DNA from: a virus
Taxonomy: Duplodnaviria > Caudoviricetes
DNA length: 33,495 bases
Reading direction: 5' to 3' (one strand)
IMG/VR virus record: IMGVR_UViG_3300042397_002089
Span: 1 to 33,495 of that record
Shown here: positions 18,129-26,417 of the stretch, in pieces
How the letters are laid out: each line of letters starts with the position of its first letter
Numbering within the stretch: position 1 is the stretch's first letter
Position numbers and translations under genes: made by a program
The notes under the pieces: generated by a model
Seen by the model: the letters and a program-made list of their open reading frames with translations, nothing else
What the model was told of the DNA's origin: nothing
The model's database searches: none

Positions 18129-18196
18129 ATACGCATCGGCGGGAGGGGGGCAAAGATTTATGTGGTAAGCATAATGCTTATCCGTATTATACGCAT
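18129..18196. promoter_or_regulatory. Divergent promoter/operator region
   Basis: Perfect palindrome TAAGCAT-A-ATGCTTA (18166-18180), adjacent CGTAT-T-ATACG (18183-18193), and ATACGCAT repeated at 18129 and 18189. Confidence 0.65.
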
Positions 18197-18203
18197 GATC
18201 GTT

Positions 18204-18389
18204 ATGAATAGCACGAAACCGACACCACGAAACAGGACGATCCGCTGGGATGAGTCCATCGACAAACTGGCCGCCGACTTGGCCTTTGAGAAGCGCATGA
18301 AGGGGGGAGTCAGCGAGTTGCTGGCCCGTCTCATCAAGGCCGAATCGAAGCGCAAGAGGGGTATCGCTCACCTCCACTCAGCGGTATGA
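18204..18389 (+). CDS. Ribbon-helix-helix regulator, rightward (Cro-like position)
   Basis: MNSTKPTPRNRTIRWDESIDKLAADLAFEKRMKGGVSELLARLIKAE; paralog of the leftward RHH; first gene of the early operon. Confidence 0.75.
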   Translation: MNSTKPTPRNRTIRWDESIDKLAADLAFEKRMKGGVSELLARLIKAESKRKRGIAHLHSAV

Positions 18390-18565
18390 GCGCCATGAAA
18401 CCAACCTACCTCCGTCCCAAGGAAGCGGCCGCTTACATGGCCGTCGGCCTCACAAAACTCTACGCGCTGATCGGATCCAAGAAGCTCAAGACATCCATGA
18501 TCGGGGGGGTCCGCCTGATCCGCGTGGAGGACATCGACGCATTGGTTAACTCCTCACTCCAATGA
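18386..18565 (+). CDS. Excisionase-like HTH_17 DNA-binding protein (not in ORF track)
   Basis: Manual translation MSAMKPTYLRPKEAAAYMAVGLTKLYALIGSKKLKTSMIGGVRLIRVEDIDALV; classic Xis/HTH_17 pattern; ATGA-coupled. Confidence 0.82.
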   Translation: MSAMKPTYLRPKEAAAYMAVGLTKLYALIGSKKLKTSMIGGVRLIRVEDIDALVNSSLQ

Positions 18566-18633
18566 ACGAGTTCGCACTCATCGCACTCCTCACCATCTTC
18601 CTGATCCTCACCTTTTTCTCCCCAAAATCATGA
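18562..18633 (+). CDS. 23-aa hydrophobic micropeptide
   Basis: MNEFALIALLTIFLILTFFSPKS; ATGA overlap at both ends. Confidence 0.55.
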   Translation: MNEFALIALLTIFLILTFFSPKS

Positions 18634-18797
18634 ACATGCTCACCCGTCTTTGGAACCGCTACTGCCTCTTCGTCGGCTACAAGCGCCGGCCATGCCCTTT
18701 TCATGAGGGACTCCGGCTCCGATCCACAACTTTCCCCCAGGCAAGCACCCCTTCATTCCCGAAGGAACAACCCAACCCAACCAACACCAACCAATGA
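18630..18797 (+). CDS. 55-aa hypothetical protein
   Basis: MNMLTRLWNRYCLFVGYKRR...; ATGA-coupled at both ends. Confidence 0.5.
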   Translation: MNMLTRLWNRYCLFVGYKRRPCPFHEGLRLRSTTFPQASTPSFPKEQPNPTNTNQ

Positions 18798-18910
18798 CAC
18801 CCATATTCTACGCGATCCTCGCGTGTGCCACAGCATTTCAACTCGGACGCCTAAGCACCCGACTGAAAAAAGAAGACCAGGAAGGCGGCAACCTCCCTGG
18901 TCAGAAGTAA
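18794..18910 (+). CDS. 38-aa membrane micropeptide
   Basis: MTPIFYAILACATAFQLGRLSTRLKK...; ATGA-coupled to the previous ORF. Confidence 0.5.
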   Translation: MTPIFYAILACATAFQLGRLSTRLKKEDQEGGNLPGQK

Positions 18911-18939
18911 CAACAACCCCACGAAAGAGTAGTAATTAC

Positions 18940-19854
18940 ATGAATACCCAAAACCAACTGATCGAAACTGGCAAGCCCCAACGTGCAAGCGCCCTGGCCG
19001 TCATGGCCGCGCGCCTCCAGGTGGACCCTGCCAAACTCCACGACACCCTCAAGAACACTTGTTTCAAGGGAGCCAACGACCATGAGTTGCTTGCCCTGGC
19101 CGTCGTCGCCAATGCCTACAACCTCAATCCGCTCACGAAGGAAATCTATGCGTTCCCTTCCAAGGGAGGAATCGCCCCCATCGTCAGCATTGACGGCTGG
19201 ATCCGGATCACCAACGACCATCCGCAATTTGATGGCATCGAGTTTGAATACCAGGACGACCAGGCCGGCCGCCCCGTCTCCTGCACGGCCATCATCTACC
19301 GGAAGGACCGGACCCGTCCGGCCAAGGTGACGGAATACTTCTCCGAATGCTCCCGCGGAACGGAACCCTGGAAGCAGTTCCCCAGGAGGATGCTCCGTCA
19401 CAAGGCTTTGAAGGAATGTTCCCGAATCGCTTTTGGATTCTCCGGGATCACCGACGAGGACGAGGCCGCCGACATTGCGCGCAACGCGGCCGTTGCCAAG
19501 CCGATCTTTGCCAAACCAGCGGCCGTTAAGCTGGAGGCCCCCCAGGAGGAACCCGTCCCGGTGGAGGTGGAGATGATCCCCGTTGAACCCGCGGCCCTGG
19601 AGATTGCCGACCATGACCTATGGGATGGTGACAACCTCCCTGAGTTCCAGCCCGACACTCCACAGAAGAGGATCTTGGCGGAACTGCACAAGGCCGGATT
19701 CAGCGAACCTGAGTTCTGGAACGTCCTGAAAGCCAAGGCCATCAAGACCACGGCCAAGACGATCAACGGCCTCTCCGACAAGTTGGCCGAGGGAATCCTG
19801 GGGGATTGGGACGAGATGCTGTCCGCCCTGAACGCAACCATCAGCGCCGAATAA
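18940..19854 (+). CDS. bet: Single-strand annealing protein, lambda Red-beta/RecT family
   Basis: ANAYNLNPLTKEIYAFP..GGIAPIVSIDGWIRITNDHPQFDG and PW...PRRMLRHKAL..C.RIAFGF closely match Bet; true start likely 18940. Confidence 0.9.
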   Translation: MNTQNQLIETGKPQRASALAVMAARLQVDPAKLHDTLKNTCFKGANDHELLALAVVANAYNLNPLTKEIYAFPSKGGIAPIVSIDGWIRITNDHPQFDGIEFEYQDDQAGRPVSCTAIIYRKDRTRPAKVTEYFSECSRGTEPWKQFPRRMLRHKALKECSRIAFGFSGITDEDEAADIARNAAVAKPIFAKPAAVKLEAPQEEPVPVEVEMIPVEPAALEIADHDLWDGDNLPEFQPDTPQKRILAELHKAGFSEPEFWNVLKAKAIKTTAKTINGLSDKLAEGILGDWDEMLSALNATISAE

Positions 19855-19856
19855 CC

Positions 19857-20930
19857 ATGATTGCTTTCAACAAAGGCCGTCAGGATCGCGGAACCGAGCC
19901 GTCCGGATCTTCCATCACCCGTTACAAGGATTGCCCTGGATCGTATCTCCTGGAACTTCATGTCCAGGGAGAGGATACAACCTCACCCGAAGCGGACCTT
20001 GGGAACCTGGTTCACTCCTCCCTGGCCGGATCCGATGTTCAGCTTTCCGACGAGGCCGCTGAAATCAAGGCTAGGTGTCTGAAGCAATATGATGAGGTTC
20101 GCGCCTCCATCGAGGAGGCCCCCTCCCCCGTTGCTGAACCCATCATCGAAACCCGCTTTTGGTATGGAACCCATTGGAGCGGCCAGGTGGACAGGGTGGA
20201 TTTCCTCAACGAGGAATCTGCCCTGGTTGTGGACTGGAAGACGGGACGCATCGCCCAGGATGAAGCCGACCAAAATCTGCAACTCAGGGCCTATGCGGTC
20301 CTGGTCCGGGATGCCTTCCCTCAACTGAAGCGGATCTACGTTGCCATAATCCAGCCGATGGCCGGCGCTCCCACCCTCTCCGTCTATGACGGGGAGGCTA
20401 TGGATTTAGCCGAACGTGAGATCGTCGGGATCATGGATGCGATCATGGATGATTTCGCTCCGCGGAATCCTTCAGCCAAGGCTTGCCGTTATTGTAAGGC
20501 GAAGAAGGTATGCCCGGAGGTTCACGGCCAGGCCCTCGCCATGAAGGGAGTGTCCGATGTTCCAGCGCTTACTAACGAGCGGATCGGTGAACTGCTGGAG
20601 GCCGCGGACTATGTGGAGAACTTCATCGACGACCTGAAGGCGGAAGCGAAACGCCGGCTTCAGGAAGGCCAGGAGATCCCAGGTAGGAAACTCTCCCCAG
20701 GAAAGACAACTAGGAGCGTCACAAGTGCTGAGGAGGCTTTCGGATGTGTCAATGCGATCCTGGATCCCGCTGAGTTTGCCGGCTGTTGCAAGCTGTCCCT
20801 CCCCCAACTTGAGAAGGCCGTTGCCGCAAAGCATGGACTGAAGGGGAATGCCGCCAAGGAGGCGCTGGAAACTCTCCTGGGAGATGTCCTTCAGAGCAAG
20901 CAGGGAGAACCCGTTCTTTCCAAAGCATGA
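19857..20930 (+). CDS. PD-(D/E)XK Cas4-like exonuclease (DUF2800-like)
   Basis: CPGS, G.VD...VVDWKTG, QLRAYA and the CRYC....CP cysteine cluster; paired with the SSAP gene. Confidence 0.82.
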   Translation: MIAFNKGRQDRGTEPSGSSITRYKDCPGSYLLELHVQGEDTTSPEADLGNLVHSSLAGSDVQLSDEAAEIKARCLKQYDEVRASIEEAPSPVAEPIIETRFWYGTHWSGQVDRVDFLNEESALVVDWKTGRIAQDEADQNLQLRAYAVLVRDAFPQLKRIYVAIIQPMAGAPTLSVYDGEAMDLAEREIVGIMDAIMDDFAPRNPSAKACRYCKAKKVCPEVHGQALAMKGVSDVPALTNERIGELLEAADYVENFIDDLKAEAKRRLQEGQEIPGRKLSPGKTTRSVTSAEEAFGCVNAILDPAEFAGCCKLSLPQLEKAVAAKHGLKGNAAKEALETLLGDVLQSKQGEPVLSKA

Positions 20931-21202
20931 ACGGCCTTTCCTACACCAACAAGTATTTGAAGGGGCGCTCCCCTGAGGAATGGGCGGCGCTGATCCAGGA
21001 GTTAACTCCTAAACTTCGGGTAGAAGTTTCCAAAATCGTCTGGTGGGACTTCTTTGGAAACAGGCTTGTTGGGGATCGCTGGCCTCAACTGGACGAATAC
21101 CTAAACGTCCCGGTGGATGCGACGATCCCGCGGGGGGATCTCATCAAGGCCCTGGTGGCCATCGGCTACACGGAACACCAGGCAACCGGACGCGTCAAAT
21201 GA
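20927..21202 (+). CDS. Hypothetical phage protein
   Basis: ATGA-coupled in the early operon. Confidence 0.6.
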   Translation: MNGLSYTNKYLKGRSPEEWAALIQELTPKLRVEVSKIVWWDFFGNRLVGDRWPQLDEYLNVPVDATIPRGDLIKALVAIGYTEHQATGRVK

Positions 21203-21492
21203 ACGATCAAGTCACCTATCCGGCCGATCCAGGTTACAAGGAAAGCTTCACTAGTCGCGATGCGGCTCTTTCCATGAGGAAGGAAAGTTCAAGACTACGG
21301 ATGATGGTATTAGGCGCGCTCCGAGTTCCCATGACTGCGGATGAATGCGCCGAAGCCCTTGGGATGTCTGTGTTATCCATACGTCCGCGATTCACGGAAC
21401 TTCTCCGAGTCGGGGAAATCGAGGAAACCGGTGAACTTCGCCACAACCGAAGCGGCCGCCGAGCGAAAGTCTGGAGGAGAATGGCCCAATGA
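21199..21492 (+). CDS. Winged-HTH DNA-binding protein
   Basis: TSRDAA...MTADECAEALGMSVLSIRPRFTEL...G.IEETG..R...SGR.AKVW; start 21199 by ATGA coupling. Confidence 0.72.
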   Translation: MNDQVTYPADPGYKESFTSRDAALSMRKESSRLRMMVLGALRVPMTADECAEALGMSVLSIRPRFTELLRVGEIEETGELRHNRSGRRAKVWRRMAQ

Positions 21493-21773
21493 AATCCATC
21501 GACAGGATCCTTAATGATCTAGGCCTGGAGACCCCTGAGCTTCCCCCCATCAACCGGAGGGAGGCCATCGAGGCCGGCCTAATCAAATACGACGGGCAAC
21601 CCACCAGGGGGGTATGCGGAAAAAGCGCCTATCCCTCTCAATCAAGCGCCGATAGCGCGATCAAACATCGTCTCCGCCAGGGATTCGGAGGGACTAGCTT
21701 CCTGCGATCCTACTACTGCCAGGAGTGCGGGGCCTGGCACATGTCTTCAGCTAACAACAAGAAAAACAAATGA
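21489..21773 (+). CDS. Small Zn-binding phage protein
   Basis: CGK..Y.S...A and R.Y.C..CG.WH motifs. Confidence 0.65.
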   Translation: MKSIDRILNDLGLETPELPPINRREAIEAGLIKYDGQPTRGVCGKSAYPSQSSADSAIKHRLRQGFGGTSFLRSYYCQECGAWHMSSANNKKNK

Positions 21774-21946
21774 CAAAAGAGATTTTTGATAAATGGGAGC
21801 AGTTCAAGTATGAGAACGTCCGCTTCCTGGGTTACGGGGAACCCCATGTCCCCGACATGGAGGAGAGGGTTTTCCATGCGTTCTCCCAAGGGTTTAAGGC
21901 AGGAAGGGATTCAGCCGACACAACCAAGCAGGAGGACCGGCCATGA
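21770..21946 (+). CDS. 58-aa hypothetical protein (not in ORF track)
   Basis: MTKEIFDKWEQFKY...AFSQGFKAGR; ATGA-coupled on both sides. Confidence 0.55.
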   Translation: MTKEIFDKWEQFKYENVRFLGYGEPHVPDMEERVFHAFSQGFKAGRDSADTTKQEDRP

Positions 21947-22284
21947 CCCGACTCTTTGCCCATGTCAGGGTCAACGCCGAGACCGGCATGAACAGGACGG
22001 AGGCTCTTTATTCAGCCCACCTCCATGTTCTCCGGGCGGCCGGCGAGGTGGCCGACTTCAAGTTTGAACCGCTCAAGCTGAAGCTGGCCGGATCCACGTT
22101 CTACTCACCCGACTTCCTGGTGATCCTCCCCTGCGGGAAGTTGGAACTGCACGAAGTCAAAGGCCATTGGATGGACGATGCCAGGGTGAAGATCAAGGTG
22201 GCGGCGCAATCCTTCCCCTGGCTCATCTTCAAGGCCATCAAGCGCGCCGGCCGCGGATGGGAAACTGAGGAGTTCAAACCATGA
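21943..22284 (+). CDS. DUF1064-like PD-(D/E)XK endonuclease (possible resolvase)
   Basis: MN.TEA.Y, YSPDF, HEVKG.W..DARVKIK motifs. Confidence 0.8.
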   Translation: MTRLFAHVRVNAETGMNRTEALYSAHLHVLRAAGEVADFKFEPLKLKLAGSTFYSPDFLVILPCGKLELHEVKGHWMDDARVKIKVAAQSFPWLIFKAIKRAGRGWETEEFKP

Positions 22285-22946
22285 AACTCTACCGCTTTCA
22301 CCTGGGGGATTATTCTGCCCATACCAAACACCTCACCCTCCTGGAGGATCTGGCCTATCGCCGGATGCTGGATCTTTACTACACCCAGGAGGCCCCCCTC
22401 CCCGCGGAGTCCAAGAAGATTGCGCGCCTCATCGGCATGGCCGATCACCTGGACCTGGTGGAATCGGTTCTCACCGAGTTCTTCCAGGATACCCCTGAGG
22501 GCTGGAGAAATGACCGATGCGAAGAGGAGATCGCCGGATTTACCGAGATGAAAAACGCCGGCCGCAAGGGGGCCGCAAAACGATGGGGAGGAAATAGGGT
22601 CCCTAATGGGGAGGCTATGGGGTCCCTATGCCCACCCCATGAAGACCCTAATGCCACCAATACCAATACCAATACCAATATAGAGAGTATAGGCGCTGGA
22701 AAATCCTTCCCGTCCATCGAGGAGGCTGAAGCCTTCTGCAAGGGTCAACACCTCCCGACCGGTTTTGTTCAGGAATGGCACAGCAACCGAGCATCCCAGG
22801 GGTGGGTCAAGGGCAACGGGATCCCGATCACCAACTGGCAAGCTGATCTGAAATCCTGGATTTACCGACAAGCCAGGGAGGACATCGCAAAGGGACGGAC
22901 CTCAACGAAGGCGGCCGGCCAAAGCAAATACGCTGACGCATTCTGA
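22281..22946 (+). CDS. Replication initiator, DUF1376/YdaU-like
   Basis: Y.FHLGDY...T.HLT..E..AYRRMLDLYY..E.PLP N-terminus; precedes a DnaC-like gene; contains internal repeats. Confidence 0.82.
   Translation: MKLYRFHLGDYSAHTKHLTLLEDLAYRRMLDLYYTQEAPLPAESKKIARLIGMADHLDLVESVLTEFFQDTPEGWRNDRCEEEIAGFTEMKNAGRKGAAKRWGGNRVPNGEAMGSLCPPHEDPNATNTNTNTNIESIGAGKSFPSIEEAEAFCKGQHLPTGFVQEWHSNRASQGWVKGNGIPITNWQADLKSWIYRQAREDIAKGRTSTKAAGQSKYADAF
22583..22690 (+). repeat. Putative replication origin iterons inside the initiator gene
   Basis: Tandem 23-bp repeat ATGGGGAGG(AAATA/CTATG)GGGTCCCTA at 22583 and 22606, partial copies, then (ACCAAT)x4 and an AT-richer stretch. Confidence 0.6.
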
Positions 22947-22948
22947 CC

Positions 22949-23629
22949 ATGACCACGATAACCAAACTATGCCAGGAGTGCGGAGGCATCTTCAGCTTTG
23001 AACCGCTGGAGATGAACGGACGCCGGATCTTTGAACCGAACTACTGCGATTCCTGCGCGGAAACCCTCTCCCAACAGCAAACCAAGCAAGAGCAACGCCG
23101 CGAAGAGGAGGCGTATAGAAATGCGTTTTGGAACAGCATCCCTCCGATCTACCGAGAGACGGATCAAACGAAGATTAAGGCCACCTTGCGAAACCTCATC
23201 GCAAATTGGAAGGGTGGGAATGTCGGCATCATCGGCACCTCAGGGGAAGGCAAGACTAGGACGGCCGTGCTTCTCCTCGAGCGGATCCATTTTAGGCGCT
23301 CCACCATGTTCCTCTCCTCATCGAACTTCGGGAAGATCGTCGCAAGCCAGTTCAGCAACACTCCAGGTCGGAGAGATGCCGCGGAGGGGATCATTGCCAA
23401 GGCCTACCATGCCGACGTTCTCCTGCTGGATGACGTAGGCAAGGGACGGATGACCGACCGAGCCGAGGCCGAGTTACACGATCTCCTGGAACATCGCACC
23501 TCCTGGAAGAAGACAACCATCTGGACGGCCAACAGCAACGCCAGGCAACTCCATGCCATGTTCACCGCGGATCGCGCTGATGCGATCCTGAGACGACTCA
23601 CCGACAACACGACCATCATCACGTTATGA
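22949..23629 (+). CDS. DnaC/IstB-like helicase-loader ATPase
   Basis: N-terminal CxxC..CxxC, Walker A GTSGEGKT, Walker B LLLDDVG, TIWTAN, RRL. Confidence 0.85.
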   Translation: MTTITKLCQECGGIFSFEPLEMNGRRIFEPNYCDSCAETLSQQQTKQEQRREEEAYRNAFWNSIPPIYRETDQTKIKATLRNLIANWKGGNVGIIGTSGEGKTRTAVLLLERIHFRRSTMFLSSSNFGKIVASQFSNTPGRRDAAEGIIAKAYHADVLLLDDVGKGRMTDRAEAELHDLLEHRTSWKKTTIWTANSNARQLHAMFTADRADAILRRLTDNTTIITL

Positions 23630-24060
23630 ACCCCGACACCACACACGCCGAGGTCGCAAGGCTCCGTCACCTCTTGAAAAAGTCTTTTGAGTGCCTTAAG
23701 GCTTACGGGGGGCGGTTAGGAGTCGAAGCAGAGCTTGGCCCTGACGAGGTGATCCAAGAGGGAGATGAGAAATTTGTAGGCAGAGGCCCTTGGCTTACAC
23801 AGGCCTTTTATATCGGGGAAAAAGCTGGCAAATATCCATTGATACGATTCCGCACCCGCCGCCCGTTGCCGAAGAGGGAAGGAGAACAGCCCTATTGCTC
23901 AGCTTTCCCCTGCGAAGGGAGCCTAGCGGGAGTGCCATTGGAGGATGAGCTATCTGCAATCGAAGATGGAAATCCGTGGATAGACCCCAGCAAAAACATT
24001 CTTATTTGCATCCGCTACCTCCGCGACGAGATCGAAGCACTCAAGAAAAACCAAAAGTGA
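23626..24060 (+). CDS. Hypothetical phage protein
   Basis: ATGA-coupled; lower GC than neighbours. Confidence 0.6.
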   Translation: MNPDTTHAEVARLRHLLKKSFECLKAYGGRLGVEAELGPDEVIQEGDEKFVGRGPWLTQAFYIGEKAGKYPLIRFRTRRPLPKREGEQPYCSAFPCEGSLAGVPLEDELSAIEDGNPWIDPSKNILICIRYLRDEIEALKKNQK

Positions 24061-24272
24061 ACCTCTACGGAAACCTGAAGCAGATTAAGGAAATCGCCTC
24101 CGAGATTGGCCGCTCCAGGACCTTTGTCCACGGGGCCAAGAAGGCTATGGAAGAGGCCGGCATCGCCTGGCCGATGAACATGATGTCCACCGAATGCCTT
24201 GTGCATTGGATCCGAGCCAACGGATACACTTGCACCGGCTATGCCCGGAAGAAACCCTGCGTGAGTCGGTGA
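24057..24272 (+). CDS. Small HTH protein, possible late-gene regulator
   Basis: GTGA-coupled start; LKQIKEIASEIGRSRTFV HTH pattern; last early gene before TerS. Confidence 0.6.
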   Translation: MNLYGNLKQIKEIASEIGRSRTFVHGAKKAMEEAGIAWPMNMMSTECLVHWIRANGYTCTGYARKKPCVSR

Positions 24273-24407
24273 TAAGAAGAAACTTAGAAGAATCAGAAGA
24301 ATAAATAACGGGGGTCATTAGGGGGTGAGACCAAACACCCCGTCAAGGTTCAACATCCAAGCATTAGCCTCCTAAATGTAACTGAACATAATTGAACAGC
24401 GCGAAGG

Positions 24408-24953
24408 TTGTCGGGAGTTTCTAACGATCCCATAACCGGGAACGTGGCAGAAGATTCCAAGCCCAAAATTGGCCGGCCTTCCAAGTTCACCGAGGAAGTA
24501 GCCGCGGAAATCTGTCGTCGCCTGGAAGAAGGCGAATCGCTCCGGCATATCGGCATGCTGGATCACATGCCAACCGCGGAAACCATCCGCACTTGGTTGA
24601 GAGACAAGCCTGATTTTTCTGCACAATACGCACGGGCGCGTGAACTTCAGGCCGATCACTTCGCTGACGAGATCCGCGACATCGCCAACGACGGCCGCAA
24701 CGATTGGGAGATCAGGGAGAGTGAACGCACCGGCCAGGAGCGCATCGTCATCAACGCCGAGAACGTCCAACGCTCCAGGCTCCGCGTCGATACCCTCAAG
24801 TGGCTCATGGCGAAACAGGCCCCCAAAAAATACGGGGAGCGCATCGAGGTGGAGAACACCGGGAACGTGGGAAGCGGCATCATCGTCACCCCTGAGGTCC
24901 TCAAATCCCTCCAGGCCGGCTACCAGGAACTCCTGGCAACGCTCAACGCATGA
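24408..24953 (+). CDS. terS: Terminase small subunit (Sf6/P22-like)
   Basis: GRPSKFTEEVAAEIC.RL.EGESLR.I...MP...TI..WL...F..QYARARE...RSRLRVDTLKW...K..PKKYG; start codon uncertain. Confidence 0.9.
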   Translation: MSGVSNDPITGNVAEDSKPKIGRPSKFTEEVAAEICRRLEEGESLRHIGMLDHMPTAETIRTWLRDKPDFSAQYARARELQADHFADEIRDIANDGRNDWEIRESERTGQERIVINAENVQRSRLRVDTLKWLMAKQAPKKYGERIEVENTGNVGSGIIVTPEVLKSLQAGYQELLATLNA

Positions 24954-26416
24954 CCGCGGCCGCCCCCATCAAGGCCGCCAAGGCCACCGCTACGGCCAGG
25001 AAGACTCCAGCCAGGAAGCCTTTCTCCGGAGAGGTTGCCCTGGCCGCCCCGGTGAACTTCGGTGAGCAGATCCTGGGGGTCCAGTTCTACGATTGGCAAA
25101 AGGAAGTTTTGGGTTGGTTCGCTAAGACGGACGCCCGCATGAAGGCCTCCGTGGCCGCTCCGAACGGATCCGGCAAGAGCGAACGTGTCATCGCGGCGCT
25201 GGCCCTTTGGTGGGTTTGCATGTCCCCCAGGGCCAGCGTCGTCATCACCTCCAAGGATTCCCGCCAGTTGGACCAGCAGATATGGCCGGCCCTGGAACAG
25301 CACAAGGCGAAGTTCTCCAAGATGATTTGGAACAGCCGGTACATCGAGACGCCCACCGGTGGCCGCATCATCGGTTTCACCACGGACGATCCAGGCCGCG
25401 CAGAGGGATGGCATAGGCAACCGGACGGACCCCTTCTCCTGATCGCTGACGAGGCCAAGAGCATCCCTGAGGCGATCTTTGAGGCCTTCGACCGATGCAC
25501 CTACAACGGCCTTCTTTACATTTCCTCGACCGGCCTGATGCAAGGCCGCTTCTACGAAAGCCATACCTCCAAGGCGGACCAGTTCAAGACCCGCCGCGTT
25601 CGCCTAGAGGAATGCCCTCACATTCCGGAAGCCAGGATCAACGACATCCTCAACACCTACGGCGAGGAGCATCCCTTCACCAGGTCCACGCTCTACTCAG
25701 AGTTCATGAGCCGGGACGAGGAGAGCATGTTCTTCTTCACCCTTTCCTCCCTGGACAAGTGCCTTTCCTCACCTCCGGCCGTCCGGGGGGGTGAACGAGT
25801 CGCGTTCTGCGACTTTGCCGGGGGTGGGGATGAAAACGTCTTGGCGATCCGTGAAGGCAACATGACCAGGATCGTGCGCGCCTGGCGCGAAAGCAACGAG
25901 ATGGCCGCCATCGGTGAGTTCATCCGTGAGTTCAAGGCCCTGGGCCTGGATCCCTCCGAAATCTACGGGGACAATGGAGGGGCCGGTAAACCGATGATTG
26001 CCCGCTTCCATGAAGTGGGCTGGCCGATCAACCGCTACAATGCCGGTGAAAACGCGATCCGGGATGACGACTATGCCAACCGATCCGCGGAAGTATGGGA
26101 CACGGCCGCCAGGGAAGTATCCAAGGGAAGCATCATCCTCCCCGATGATCCGGCGCTGAAGGCCCAACTCGTCGCCAGGAAGCGCCTGGTGGATTCCCGC
26201 GGACGCCTCAAAGCCGAAAGCAAGGAGGACATGAGGAAGCGTGGCGTCAAGTCACCCGACCGAGCCGACGCGATCACGGCCGTCATTGCCCTTCGCCAGC
26301 CGGCCATCATCCGGAACAGGGAGGCCAATCCCCCCTGGATGGAGTTCATCAGCGATTCCTTCAGCCAGGACCTGGAACACGGGGGCGCTCTGACCGGGGC
26401 CTCAGCCGGAGATTAA
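24950..26416 (+). CDS. terL: Terminase large subunit
   Basis: Walker A APNGSGKS, Walker B LIADEA, RNase H-like nuclease motifs DFA.GGD and SPDRADA. Confidence 0.92.
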   Translation: MTAAAPIKAAKATATARKTPARKPFSGEVALAAPVNFGEQILGVQFYDWQKEVLGWFAKTDARMKASVAAPNGSGKSERVIAALALWWVCMSPRASVVITSKDSRQLDQQIWPALEQHKAKFSKMIWNSRYIETPTGGRIIGFTTDDPGRAEGWHRQPDGPLLLIADEAKSIPEAIFEAFDRCTYNGLLYISSTGLMQGRFYESHTSKADQFKTRRVRLEECPHIPEARINDILNTYGEEHPFTRSTLYSEFMSRDEESMFFFTLSSLDKCLSSPPAVRGGERVAFCDFAGGGDENVLAIREGNMTRIVRAWRESNEMAAIGEFIREFKALGLDPSEIYGDNGGAGKPMIARFHEVGWPINRYNAGENAIRDDDYANRSAEVWDTAAREVSKGSIILPDDPALKAQLVARKRLVDSRGRLKAESKEDMRKRGVKSPDRADAITAVIALRQPAIIRNREANPPWMEFISDSFSQDLEHGGALTGASAGD

Positions 26417-26417
26417 C

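Noticed and set aside
18042-18203. Long N-terminus of the 115-aa ORF
   Set aside because: Overlaps the opposite-strand RHH gene and the operator region; ATG 18204 gives a clean RHH
18703-18939. N-terminal extension of the 383-aa Bet ORF
   Set aside because: Region is better explained by ATGA-coupled micro-ORFs; Bet similarity starts at ATG 18940
19857-20930. CRISPR-associated Cas4
   Set aside because: Context next to a Red-beta SSAP indicates a phage recombination exonuclease
21786-22067. 93-aa ORF from the track
   Set aside because: Overlaps DUF1064 out of frame; the coupled 58-aa ORF 21770-21946 fits the operon better
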